A stretch of DNA of 64,000 nt from Candidatus Binataceae bacterium (GTDB lineage: Bacteria; Desulfobacterota; Binatia; Binatales; Binataceae): NCBI GenBank assembly GCA_035500095.1, contig DATJXN010000012.1, positions 1,947 through 65,946 on the forward strand, written 5' to 3'. The notes beneath the pieces were generated by a model. The model was not told the DNA's origin. It did not search any database and was given only the letters and a program-made list of their open reading frames with translations. Positions 1 to 11,813 of this stretch are shown here, piece by piece. A program made the position numbers and the translations under genes. Each line of letters starts with the position of its first letter. The first letter of the stretch is position 1.

Positions 1-1003
1 CGATTTCCGCGATCGTGCGGCCCTCGTATTCCGGATGCAGCGGCGCGGAGGCGATCAGCACGCATTCCGGCTCAATCCGCGGGATTCCCCCGCCATCGCC
101 CTGCGCGCTGAAGACGTTGTTGTGCAGCACCGCCGCGAGCAGCGTGCTGCCCGAAGTGTAAGGATACTGGTCCGCGGTCACGTCGAGGCCTTCGGCGCGC
201 GCGTGCTCGATAAGTTCGATCGACTCGCGCACGCGGCCCCAGTTTCTTTTTCCCGCGGCCTTGTGATGCGAGATCTGGACGCGCGCGCCGGATTCGCGGC
301 CGATCCGAATCGCTTCGCGCACAGCGTCGGGGAGGCCCGAGGCCTCGTTGCGCATGTGCGTCGCGTAAACTCCGCCAGCCGCGGCGACCTCGCGCGCGAG
401 CTCGATAACTTCTTCCGTCGCCGAGTGCCGACCCGGCTCATAGATGAGCCCGGTGGAAAAGCCGACGGCGCCCGCTTCGAGTCCTTCGCGCACCATTTCG
501 CGCATCGCGCGCCGCTCGTCGCGCGTCGGCGCGCGCCGCGCCATCCCCATCGCAGCGGCGCGGATCGTGTTGTGCCCGACGAGCACCGCGACGTTGAGGC
601 TTGGCGGCGCGTCTTCGACCATTTTGAGATAGCCGCGATAGCCCTCCCATCCGGATATCGTCGCGGCGCCAAAAAAGATACCAAAGTGCTCGCGCACTGC
701 CGGGTACGGAGCCGCACCCATCCCGCAGTTGCCGACCACTTCCGTGGTGACGCCCTGCATCAGCTTGAAGTCCATCGCGGGCGTGGCCAGCACCGCGAAG
801 TCGTCGTGGCTGTGAACGTCGATGAAGCCTGGCGCGAGCGCAAGGCCGCGCGCGTCGATCTCGAGCGCCGCCGCGCTCTCGATTTCACCTACCGCCGCGA
901 TTCGATCGCCGCACACCGCGAGACTGCCATGAAACGGCGGGGCGCCCGTGCCCTCGAAGATCCGCGCGCCGCGGATGACGATGTCCCAGCGATCGGTGCT
1001 CAT
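1..1003 (-). CDS. N-acyl-D-amino-acid deacylase (D-aminoacylase) family amidohydrolase, C-terminus beyond the left window edge
   Basis: Absent from the ORF track because it runs off the edge. My reverse-strand translation from ATG 1003-1001 reads MSTDRWDIVIRGARIFEGTGAPPFHGSLAVCGDRIAAVGEIESAAALEIDARGLALAPGFIDVHSHDDFAVLAT, the typical D-aminoacylase N-terminus with the metal-binding HxH motif. It starts 2 nt after the stop of the upstream gene. Confidence 0.75.
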   Translation of the reverse strand, partial: MSTDRWDIVIRGARIFEGTGAPPFHGSLAVCGDRIAAVGEIESAAALEIDARGLALAPGFIDVHSHDDFAVLATPAMDFKLMQGVTTEVVGNCGMGAAPYPAVREHFGIFFGAATISGWEGYRGYLKMVEDAPPSLNVAVLVGHNTIRAAAMGMARRAPTRDERRAMREMVREGLEAGAVGFSTGLIYEPGRHSATEEVIELAREVAAAGGVYATHMRNEASGLPDAVREAIRIGRESGARVQISHHKAAGKRNWGRVRESIELIEHARAEGLDVTADQYPYTSGSTLLAAVLHNNVFSAQGDGGGIPRIEPECVLIASAPLHPEYEGRTIAEI

Positions 1004-1005
1004 AT

Positions 1006-2142
1006 CTAAAGCTGCTCGCGCGTGATTCGCGTCGGCGATAGAACGGCTTCGGTCACACCCTGCGCGGCAAGATCGGAGGGAACGCCGTGGCCAAGCGCGA
1101 GGCTCGCGCAAAGCCGCCCCATCGACGGCGAGGTCTCGATTCCATACCCGCCCTGGCCGGCCAGCCAGAAGAATCCCGCGACCCGCGGGTCATAACCGAC
1201 GACCGGGCATCCGTCGGCGACGAACGAGCGCAGGCCTGCCCATTTGCGGTTGATATGTGTTACCGGAATTCGCGCCGCGCGCTGAATCCGGTCCACCGCG
1301 ACCGCGACGTCGAAGTCGTCGGGCTGCGCATCGCACGGTTCCATCGGCGTCTGATCGGCCGGCGAGCCGAGGAATTTGCCCGCGTCGGGCTTGAAATAGA
1401 ATTCTTCGCCGACGTCGATCACCGAGGGCCATTTGGCGATCTGCGCGCCGGGCGGCGGATCGAAAATAAATGCCGTGCGCCGCTTGGGCACGAGACCGAT
1501 CGGCGCCGCGCCGGCCATCGCGCCGACCACGTCGCACCATGCACCGGCCGCATTGACCACGACCGGCGCGGCGAAATCGCCGGCTGCGGTCCGCACGCTC
1601 CACTTGTCGCCCTCGCGTGAGAGACCAGTCAGCTCGGCGCCGGTTATGAGTCGGCCGCCGCGCGCCCGCATCCCCCCGATGAATCCCCAGTGGATCGCGT
1701 GCACGTCCATGTCCATCGCTTCGGGATCGAGCACGGCGCCGGCGAGGTAGTCTTCTCTCAGCAGCGGCACGAGGCTGCAGGCGCCCTTCGCGTCGAGTCG
1801 GCGCACGCCGGCGATGTGCCGCGAGGACTGCGCAAAACTCTTTTCGAGCAAATCGGACTGGTCGCCGCGCCCGATCAGCAGCATCCCGCGCTCGGTCAGC
1901 AATGGATGTTCCGTGAATCCGGCGGGCGGGTTGAGAAAGAAGTTTTTCGCGCCGCGGCTCAGCGCGCGAATCACCGCGGGACCGTGGGTCTGGACGAAGA
2001 GCGCCGCGGAGCGGCCGGTCGTATGGTAGCCGGGCTGGCTTTCGCGCTCGAGCACCAGGACTCGCGCATGCGCCGCCAGTTCATATCCGGCCGATGCGCC
2101 CGCGATACCGCAGCCCACGACTATGAAATCGAAACTCTCCAT
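1006..2142 (-). CDS. FAD-dependent oxidoreductase, DAO (glycine/D-amino-acid oxidase-like) family
   Basis: 378-aa ORF. N-terminal dinucleotide fold FDFIVVGCGIAGASAGYELA and overall DAO-family layout. Likely co-transcribed with the deacylase downstream. Confidence 0.8.
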   Translation of the reverse strand: MESFDFIVVGCGIAGASAGYELAAHARVLVLERESQPGYHTTGRSAALFVQTHGPAVIRALSRGAKNFFLNPPAGFTEHPLLTERGMLLIGRGDQSDLLEKSFAQSSRHIAGVRRLDAKGACSLVPLLREDYLAGAVLDPEAMDMDVHAIHWGFIGGMRARGGRLITGAELTGLSREGDKWSVRTAAGDFAAPVVVNAAGAWCDVVGAMAGAAPIGLVPKRRTAFIFDPPPGAQIAKWPSVIDVGEEFYFKPDAGKFLGSPADQTPMEPCDAQPDDFDVAVAVDRIQRAARIPVTHINRKWAGLRSFVADGCPVVGYDPRVAGFFWLAGQGGYGIETSPSMGRLCASLALGHGVPSDLAAQGVTEAVLSPTRITREQL

Positions 2143-2338
2143 CTTAAAAGCTCAAGCGGACCAATCGGCCGGCTTATCGGCAATCGTCCGTTCTCTTATC
2201 GCGCCGGGCGGCGAGAGCGGTCAAGCCGGTTGCGCAGCCACCGGCGTTCCGGCTAACGATCGCGGGCGGCGAGCGGCGGGGAGCTTTGCGATCGTAGCTG
2301 TCGCAGACGAGGATAATTGTAGAAGGAAAGACGGACTA

Positions 2339-3124
2339 TTGAAGATCGCCTCTTTCAACGTGAACGGCATTACCGCGCGCCTGCCGAACCTTCTGCGCTG
2401 GCTCGCCGAAGCCAGGCCCGACGTCGCGTGCCTTCAGGAACTCAAGATCCCGCACGACCGGTTTCCCGAGGCCGCGATTCGCGAGGCGGGCTACGGCGTC
2501 ATCTGGCACGGCCAGAAGAGCTTCAATGGCGTCGCGATCCTTGCGCGCGGCGCCGATCCGGTGGAGGTTCGCCGCGTCTTGCCGGGCGATCCGGATGATC
2601 TGCATAGCCGCTATATCGAGGGAAGAATCCAGGGACAGACCGGGGGCGTGCTCGTCGGATGCCTTTATCTCCCCAATGGCAATCCCGCGCCCGGGCCGAA
2701 GTTCGATTACAAGCTCGGATGGCTCCGCCGGCTCGAGGACCACGCCGAGACGCTCCTCGCCCAGAATTCCCCGGTTGTTCTGGCCGGCGACTACAATGTG
2801 ATTCCCACCGAGCTCGACGTCTTCGCGCCGGAACGCTGGGTCGATGACGCTTTGTTCCGGCCCGAGTCGCGTGAGGCCTTCGCCCGGCTGCTCGCGCGCG
2901 GCTGGACCGACGCGCTGCGCAAGATGCATCCCGAGGAGCGCATATATACCTTCTGGGATTACTTTCGAAATCATTTCGGGAACGATCGCGGGCTGCGCAT
3001 CGATCATCTTCTGCTCAGTCCCTCCCTTGCGCCGCGGCTCGTCGCTGCAGGTGTCGATCGCGAGGTTCGCGGCTGGGAGAAAGCGAGCGATCACGCCCCG
3101 ACCTGGGCGCAACTCGCCGACTGA
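2339..3124 (+). CDS. xthA: exodeoxyribonuclease III
   Basis: LKIASFNVNGITARLPNLLRWLAEARPDVACLQELK, then GDYNV and DHAP motifs of the ExoIII/APE1 family. The ORF-track start at 2123 adds about 70 junk residues. TTG at 2339 is preceded by AGAAGGAAAG (2321-2330) with 8-nt spacing. Confidence 0.85.
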   Translation: MKIASFNVNGITARLPNLLRWLAEARPDVACLQELKIPHDRFPEAAIREAGYGVIWHGQKSFNGVAILARGADPVEVRRVLPGDPDDLHSRYIEGRIQGQTGGVLVGCLYLPNGNPAPGPKFDYKLGWLRRLEDHAETLLAQNSPVVLAGDYNVIPTELDVFAPERWVDDALFRPESREAFARLLARGWTDALRKMHPEERIYTFWDYFRNHFGNDRGLRIDHLLLSPSLAPRLVAAGVDREVRGWEKASDHAPTWAQLAD

Positions 3125-3169
3125 CTTTAGCTTTGAGTATGTTGAATCATCTGAATTGAGGCCGACAAG

Positions 3170-4114
3170 ATGCAGAAAACCAGGGTCGCTCTTGCCTTTT
3201 CAATAATGCCCGACAGTCCGCTCGAGAAGGTCATCGAGTGGACGCGCGAGGCCGAAGATATGGGCTATACCGCGGTCTTCATGACCGAGGCGAATAACGA
3301 CTCGCTCGCCTGTTCGCTCGCGCTGGGAATGCAGACGCGGCGCATCGGGCTCGGCACCGCGATCACCAACATCTACCTGCGCCATCCGGCGCTGCTCGCC
3401 AACGAGGCCGCAACCGTCCATCAGCTTACCGGCGGACGCTTCATCCTGGGCCTCGGCACCGGCCACGGCGAGGGCAACTCGCGCCTCGGGATCGAAATGG
3501 GGCAGCCGATGGCGAAGATGCGCGAGACGGTGGTGACGCTGCGCAAGATGCTCGAGGGCGGCGGCACCGGGCCGAAGATCAGCGGCAAGCTGCCTCTCTA
3601 TCTTGCCGGCGTTTCGCGCCCGATGGTGCGGATGGCGGGCGAGATCGCCGACGGCGTGATTTTCAATTTCTTTCCGCCCGCGCGGGTGCGCGAGGCGCTC
3701 GGCGAAGTCGCGGAAGGGGCGCGCGCGGCCGGCCGCGAGCCGGCCGCGGTCGAGCCGGTGCTGTTCGCGACCGCGTTCATCGCCGACGACCTCGAAGCGG
3801 CGCGCCGACCGGCGCGCACGCTGCTGTCGCGCTACGGAGCTCTGCGGTTTTACGGCAACATGATGGCGAAGGCCGGTTTCGAGCGCGAGATTGCGGTGAT
3901 ACGCGCGGCGCGCGGCGACGCCGCCGCCGCACTCGCCGCGGTGAGCGACCCGATGATCGACGCGACGCTGCTGGTCGGATCGGAGGGGCGGGTGCGCGAG
4001 CGGCTGGCCGAGCTGAGCGCGCCGGGCATCGGCACGGCGATCGTGTTCGTCAACCCGGTCAACGAGGCGCGCGAGGCCGCGGTGCGCCGCCTGATGCGGG
4101 CGCTACGTCCGTAG
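3170..4114 (+). CDS. LLM-class (luciferase-like) flavin/F420-dependent oxidoreductase
   Basis: 314 aa. The stretch GYTAVFMTEANNDSL...ITNIYLRHPALLANEAATVHQLTGGRFILGLGTGH is typical of luciferase-like monooxygenase-family oxidoreductases. Confidence 0.8.
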   Translation: MQKTRVALAFSIMPDSPLEKVIEWTREAEDMGYTAVFMTEANNDSLACSLALGMQTRRIGLGTAITNIYLRHPALLANEAATVHQLTGGRFILGLGTGHGEGNSRLGIEMGQPMAKMRETVVTLRKMLEGGGTGPKISGKLPLYLAGVSRPMVRMAGEIADGVIFNFFPPARVREALGEVAEGARAAGREPAAVEPVLFATAFIADDLEAARRPARTLLSRYGALRFYGNMMAKAGFEREIAVIRAARGDAAAALAAVSDPMIDATLLVGSEGRVRERLAELSAPGIGTAIVFVNPVNEAREAAVRRLMRALRP

Positions 4115-4179
4115 GAGCGCAGCACCCGCATCGGGCAGGTCGGCGGCCGCACGACGGCCACGCGGCAGCGGCGATCGCA

Positions 4180-4935
4180 CTACGACGGCGACGCCGGCGC
4201 GGCCTCGCCGCCGCCCGGCTTCAGCATCGCGAAGAACCCGCGGATCCGGTTGTAGTTGACGCCGAAGTCGCCCTTCCCGTCGCGCGAGCGCGAGCGCATC
4301 TCAACCAAGCTGCTGTCGGGATTGGAGCCCGGGCGCACCTGGATCACGAAATCGTCGCGAAAGCGGAAGAGATACGAGGTCTCGACGCCTTCGATCGTAT
4401 GCGTAGCCGGATCGACGAAGACGATTACCCATCCCGGATACGTGTTGGCCGCGGCTTTCACCTTGGCGAACGCGTCTTCGGGCTTCTCGTCGAGCCGCAG
4501 CGGATCGAGCTTCGGGTATTCGTTGCTCTGCACGGGCTGGAACTTGGCGCGGTCGTACTTCATCGAGTCCGCCGCCATATCCGGCGGTTTAACGAACTCC
4601 GGCGGGTTGTCGTAGTCGGTGGTGATGTCGTTGATCTCGGGATACGGCATCGACATCCAGCGCCACATCGTCAAGCCAACCGGGACGGCGACCAGCAGAC
4701 CGAGCACGAAACCGCCTACGGCCTTGGGCCGCCCGGGCCTGCGCGCGGGCGCGGCGGTGCGCGCGATACCGATGAGGCCGAAGAGCATCGCCAGCACCCC
4801 GACGGCAAAGCTCAGCAGAAAAGCGAGAAAGCCGGTCATCGGCGGAACCAGCCCTAGATGGGCGGCTACGACGCCGATTCCCAGGAGCAGTACGGCAAGT
4901 ATCGCGTCCAAGATCGAAAGCCAGGCCGTGATCAT
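4180..4935 (-). CDS. DUF1499-like membrane-anchored protein
   Basis: Only the last 251 codons of the 1078-aa track ORF look real: MITAWLSILDAILAVLLLGIG (about 3 TM segments), then a soluble domain ending RSRSRDGKGDFGVNYNRIRGFFAML. ATG at 4935 has an AAGGAG RBS upstream. The remainder of the long ORF is antisense to metH. Confidence 0.7.
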   Translation of the reverse strand: MITAWLSILDAILAVLLLGIGVVAAHLGLVPPMTGFLAFLLSFAVGVLAMLFGLIGIARTAAPARRPGRPKAVGGFVLGLLVAVPVGLTMWRWMSMPYPEINDITTDYDNPPEFVKPPDMAADSMKYDRAKFQPVQSNEYPKLDPLRLDEKPEDAFAKVKAAANTYPGWVIVFVDPATHTIEGVETSYLFRFRDDFVIQVRPGSNPDSSLVEMRSRSRDGKGDFGVNYNRIRGFFAMLKPGGGEAAPASPS

Positions 4936-5112
4936 CGTCGTCTCTCCTTGTCTCAGTGCGGCATCGTCCGAACAAACGGGGCAGCAAACCGATCCGTTAC
5001 AGCAGTCAAGGGCTAAATACAAAACGATCGCGCATCGTTCCGGTCGAAATTGCCCGTCACGCTTCGCTCGGATAGGCTGACGACAGAGGCCATCGAGCCT
5101 CTTCCCCCATCC

Positions 5113-8652
<3,540 letters not shown>

Positions 8653-8806
8653 AGACTGGCCCTCGCCACAATTTTGGCGACTGCCGCGCAGGCCGCTGCG
8701 GCGGATCTCGCGTTCGCGCGCGCTACGCGATCGGATACGCGGTAATGTCGGGCGCGCCCGCGCCACTTTTGCTTCTTGCCGCCATGGCGCCGGTCCGGTT
8801 CGCGGC

Positions 8807-8834
8807 TTGACGCTCGCTCGAACCGGATGATAAT
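8807..8834 (+). promoter_or_regulatory. candidate sigma-70-type promoter (TTGACG-16 nt-GATAAT)
   Basis: TTGACG at 8807-8812 and GATAAT at 8829-8834, about 110 nt upstream of the rubrerythrin ATG. The -10 lies inside the Fur-type palindrome. Confidence 0.45.
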
Positions 8835-8847
8835 AATTATCATCCGG
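8823..8847. promoter_or_regulatory. perfect Fur-family (Fur/PerR-type) 7-1-7 operator
   Basis: CCGGATGATAATaATTATCATCCGG is a perfect 12-1-12 palindrome. The core TGATAATaATTATCA (8828-8842) is identical to the classical 7-1-7 Fur box TGATAATNATTATCA. Confidence 0.7.
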
Positions 8848-8946
8848 TAGGGCGGACAAATTCGTGTCGATTCAAGCCGCGGCGGCGACGCGCGCGCCAA
8901 TCGCGCCGCCCGCCATTAACAACACACGCGTTCAGGAGATATCAGC

Positions 8947-9363
8947 ATGAAGAATCTTAAGGGCACCAAGACGCACACCAACCTTAAGGAAGCCTTTGCC
9001 GGCGAAAGTCAGGCCAATCGGCGCTACCTGTACTTCGCCAAGGTTGCCGACGTCGAAGGCCAGCCGGAAATCGCGGGGCTCTTCCGTGACACTGCCGAGG
9101 GCGAGACCGGGCACGCTCATGGACACCTCGACTATCTCAAGCAGGTGGGCGATCCCGCCACCGACCAGCCGATCGGCGACACCATGGCCAATCTGAAGTC
9201 GGCCGTTCACGGCGAGACCTACGAATACACCAACATGTATCCGGGAATGGCGAAGACCGCTCGCGAAGAGGGCTTTGAAGAGGTCGCGGACTGGTTCGAG
9301 ACCCTCGCCAAGGCCGAGAAATCTCACGCCGGCCGCTTCCAGAAGGCCACGAGCACGCTGTAG
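8947..9363 (+). CDS. rubrerythrin-family diiron protein without a rubredoxin domain
   Basis: 138 aa. Two ExxH diiron motifs ([20 protein letters not shown]) plus ESQANRRY and HGETYEY helices. AGGAGA RBS at 8934-8939. Confidence 0.88.
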   Translation: MKNLKGTKTHTNLKEAFAGESQANRRYLYFAKVADVEGQPEIAGLFRDTAEGETGHAHGHLDYLKQVGDPATDQPIGDTMANLKSAVHGETYEYTNMYPGMAKTAREEGFEEVADWFETLAKAEKSHAGRFQKATSTL

Positions 9364-9444
9364 CAGCGCCGGAGCCATGCGAGGGTGCGGCGCGTACGGG
9401 CACGCCGGCGACCCGCCGCATGCTATCGTGATTGCCGTGATCCC

Positions 9445-9478
9445 GGCCCGCCGGACGCCGACCAGCATCCGGCGGGCC
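9445..9478 (+). terminator. GC-rich hairpin after the rubrerythrin gene (possible attenuator or weak terminator)
   Basis: Perfect 11-bp stem GGCCCGCCGGA / TCCGGCGGGCC with a 12-nt loop. The downstream tract has only TGTT, so it is not a canonical intrinsic terminator. Confidence 0.3.
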
Positions 9479-9564
9479 GCTGTTCGTCGGGTGCAAACCG
9501 CCGCGGGTCTGAAAGACGTTGACGCCGCGACCTCGATCTACCGTCTGGGAAGCGTTTAATCCAA

Positions 9565-10911
9565 ATGCAACGGATCAAGTCCCAACCGACCGACGCACTT
9601 TCATATAATCCGAACGAGGCCAGGTACTGGGAGCGCGCGAAACTCGACCAGGAAATCGAGCGCGTCTTCGACATCTGCGCGGGTTGCAGGCTGTGTTTCA
9701 ATCTGTGTCCCTCGTTCCCGCAGTTGTTTGACGCGCTCGACGCCACGGACGGCGACGTGCGGAGCCTGGGCGTGGCGCAAACGCGCCGGGTCGTCGATCT
9801 GTGCTACGGCTGCAAGCTGTGCGAGGTGCGATGCCCCTACACGCCGCATGACGGCCACGAGTTCCAGCTCGACTTTCCGCGCCTGATGCTGCGCGCGCGC
9901 GCGGTCGAGGGCCGGGAGAAGGGCGTCGGCAGGCGCGAGAAGATGCTGGGTAATCCGGATCGGCTGGGCAAGCTCGGCAGCATCGTTCCGAAGCTCGCCA
10001 ACTGGGCCTGCCGCAGTCCCTTTCAGCGTGCGATGATGGAGAAGCTGCTTGGCATCTCGCGCGCCAAGCAATTGCCCGAGTTCGCCGAGGAGACCTTCGA
10101 GGCGTGGCTCAAGCGCACAGGCCTTCCGCCTGCGCCGCCCGAGCCCGCGGCCAAGGTCGCGATCTTCCACACTTGCTTCGTCAACTATTACAATCCCGCG
10201 CCCGGACGGGCGCTGGTCTCGGTGCTTGGGCGCAATCGATGCGCGATCGCGTCGCCCGGGCAGAACTGCTGCGGGATGCCGGCGCTCGACGGCGGCGAGG
10301 TCGCCTTTGCGCAGAAGCTCGCGCGCGCCAACGTGGACTCGATGCTGCCGCTGGTGCGCCAGGGCTACCGCGTCGCCGCGATCAATCCGACCTGCTCGCT
10401 GATGATGCGCAGTGAATACCCGCACTTGCTCGACAGCGCCGAAGCGCGTGAATTCGCCGCCGCCGTCGCCGATCCGCACGAACTGCTCTATGCGCTACGG
10501 CGCGAGGGAAAATTCGATCGCGATTTTCGCACCACGCCGGGCAAGGTCGCGTATCACGTGCCCTGTCATCTCAAAGCCCAGAACATCGGCCTGCGCTCGC
10601 GCGATCTCGTGCGCTCGATCCCGGGCGCCGAGGTCGTGACCGTTGACGCGTGCACGGCGCACGACGGCACCTGGGCGATGAAGAAGGAGTACTTCGAGCT
10701 CTCGATGAAGTGGGGCACAAAGGCGTTCGACGGAATGAAGAACGCCGAGGCCGAAGTGCTGGCCACGGACTGTCCGCTCGCCGCGATCCAGATCGAACAG
10801 GCGATCGGCGTGCGCCCGCTCAATCCGGTCGAAATCCTCGCGCGCGCTTACGAGGCCGACGGCTTCACGAGGCTCGTGCCGCCGCCGGAGCCGCCCGCCG
10901 CCCAAGAGTGA
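9565..10911 (+). CDS. (Fe-S)-binding protein with two 4Fe-4S ferredoxin motifs and CCG domains (HdrD/GlpC-like)
   Basis: 448 aa. CAGCRLCFNLCP and CYGCKLCEVRCP cluster motifs, and the cysteine-rich CCG signature GQNCCGMP. Confidence 0.82.
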   Translation: MQRIKSQPTDALSYNPNEARYWERAKLDQEIERVFDICAGCRLCFNLCPSFPQLFDALDATDGDVRSLGVAQTRRVVDLCYGCKLCEVRCPYTPHDGHEFQLDFPRLMLRARAVEGREKGVGRREKMLGNPDRLGKLGSIVPKLANWACRSPFQRAMMEKLLGISRAKQLPEFAEETFEAWLKRTGLPPAPPEPAAKVAIFHTCFVNYYNPAPGRALVSVLGRNRCAIASPGQNCCGMPALDGGEVAFAQKLARANVDSMLPLVRQGYRVAAINPTCSLMMRSEYPHLLDSAEAREFAAAVADPHELLYALRREGKFDRDFRTTPGKVAYHVPCHLKAQNIGLRSRDLVRSIPGAEVVTVDACTAHDGTWAMKKEYFELSMKWGTKAFDGMKNAEAEVLATDCPLAAIQIEQAIGVRPLNPVEILARAYEADGFTRLVPPPEPPAAQE

Positions 10912-10926
10912 AGCAGGAGTCAAGCC

Positions 10927-11511
10927 GTGAAGCCGATAACTCCGCACGAAATTCTGCCGCTTACGACGTATGACCGTGTGCGCGCCCTACTCCGCCCGCT
11001 CTGTATCGCCGAGAAGGCGCGACGGCGCCTCGCGGTCGGCCCGCATCTCACGCTACTGTTCGAAAACCGCCAGACGATCTGGTATCAAATCCAGGAGATT
11101 TTGCGCACCGAGCGCATCTTCGAGGACGCCGCGATTAACGCCGAGGTCGAAAACTACAACGAACTCCTCCCGCGTCCCGGCGAACTCTCCGCCACCCTGC
11201 TCATCGAGTATGCCGACCCGGCCGAACGCGACGTCGAGCTTCCGCGCCTGCTCGGACTCGAACGCCATATTTGGATCGTTCTTGACGGACAGCGCATCGG
11301 CGCGCGCTTCGATGAACGACAAATGTCGCCGGATCAGATAAGCGCGGTCCAGTTCATCGCCTTCCCGCTCGGCGCGGATGCGACTCGGTTTGGCGATCTG
11401 GCGGCCGCGGGCAAGGTCGCGGTCGAAGCGGACCATCCGCATCTCGCTGTGCGCGCCCTCGTCCAAGCCCCACTGGCAGAAGCGCTGACTGACGATCTGC
11501 GCCCGGATTAG
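10927..11511 (+). CDS. DUF3501 family protein
   Basis: 194 aa, GTG start with an AGGAG RBS at 10915-10919. The sequence (HLTLLFENRQTIWYQIQEILRTERIF...) matches my memory of DUF3501, which commonly follows rubrerythrin/HdrD-like pairs. Confidence 0.65.
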   Translation: MKPITPHEILPLTTYDRVRALLRPLCIAEKARRRLAVGPHLTLLFENRQTIWYQIQEILRTERIFEDAAINAEVENYNELLPRPGELSATLLIEYADPAERDVELPRLLGLERHIWIVLDGQRIGARFDERQMSPDQISAVQFIAFPLGADATRFGDLAAAGKVAVEADHPHLAVRALVQAPLAEALTDDLRPD

Positions 11512-11813
11512 GGCATCCCTTCCCGTTCTCCCAGGACGCCTCTCGCGCGGCCTCTTGCCGGCCGAAGAGCGCTCGATGAAAGAGCGGCGGTTCGGCTCGC
11601 CTACGGGCTGCATTGCATCATATAATAGTTTGAGTTATATTGAAGCCTCTTATATGCGCCTAAAATGCGCAGCAACACATCGATGCGAAGTCCTCTTCTT
11701 GCGATAGAGCGCACGTTTATGCGGAGTATGGGTGCGTTGAGCGACTTTGTCCATTCTGCAAAACTGCTCTTTTTCTCGCTGAATCGAGCATCGTGATCGG
11801 CTGAATTGGACCG

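Noticed and set aside
35-1009. 324-aa plus-strand ORF at the left edge
   Set aside because: The opposite strand encodes a clear D-aminoacylase N-terminus. The plus-strand translation is Arg/Ala-rich without motifs.
2512-2527. TGGCAC hexamers inside coding regions (for example 2512, 14154, 18724, 46704) as further sigma-54 promoters
   Set aside because: Most lack GC at the -12 spacing, and the one at 46704-46719 has it only in a poor TCGGCG context. All lie within well-supported ORFs.
4936-5112. Possible cobalamin, SAM or SAH riboswitch in the metH leader
   Set aside because: I looked for a B12 box (GCCACTG-like) and for SAH/SAM-II-type conserved strands and found none. Cobalamin-dependent metH is also not the usual B12-riboswitch target. 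A covariance-model scan would be needed to exclude it fully.
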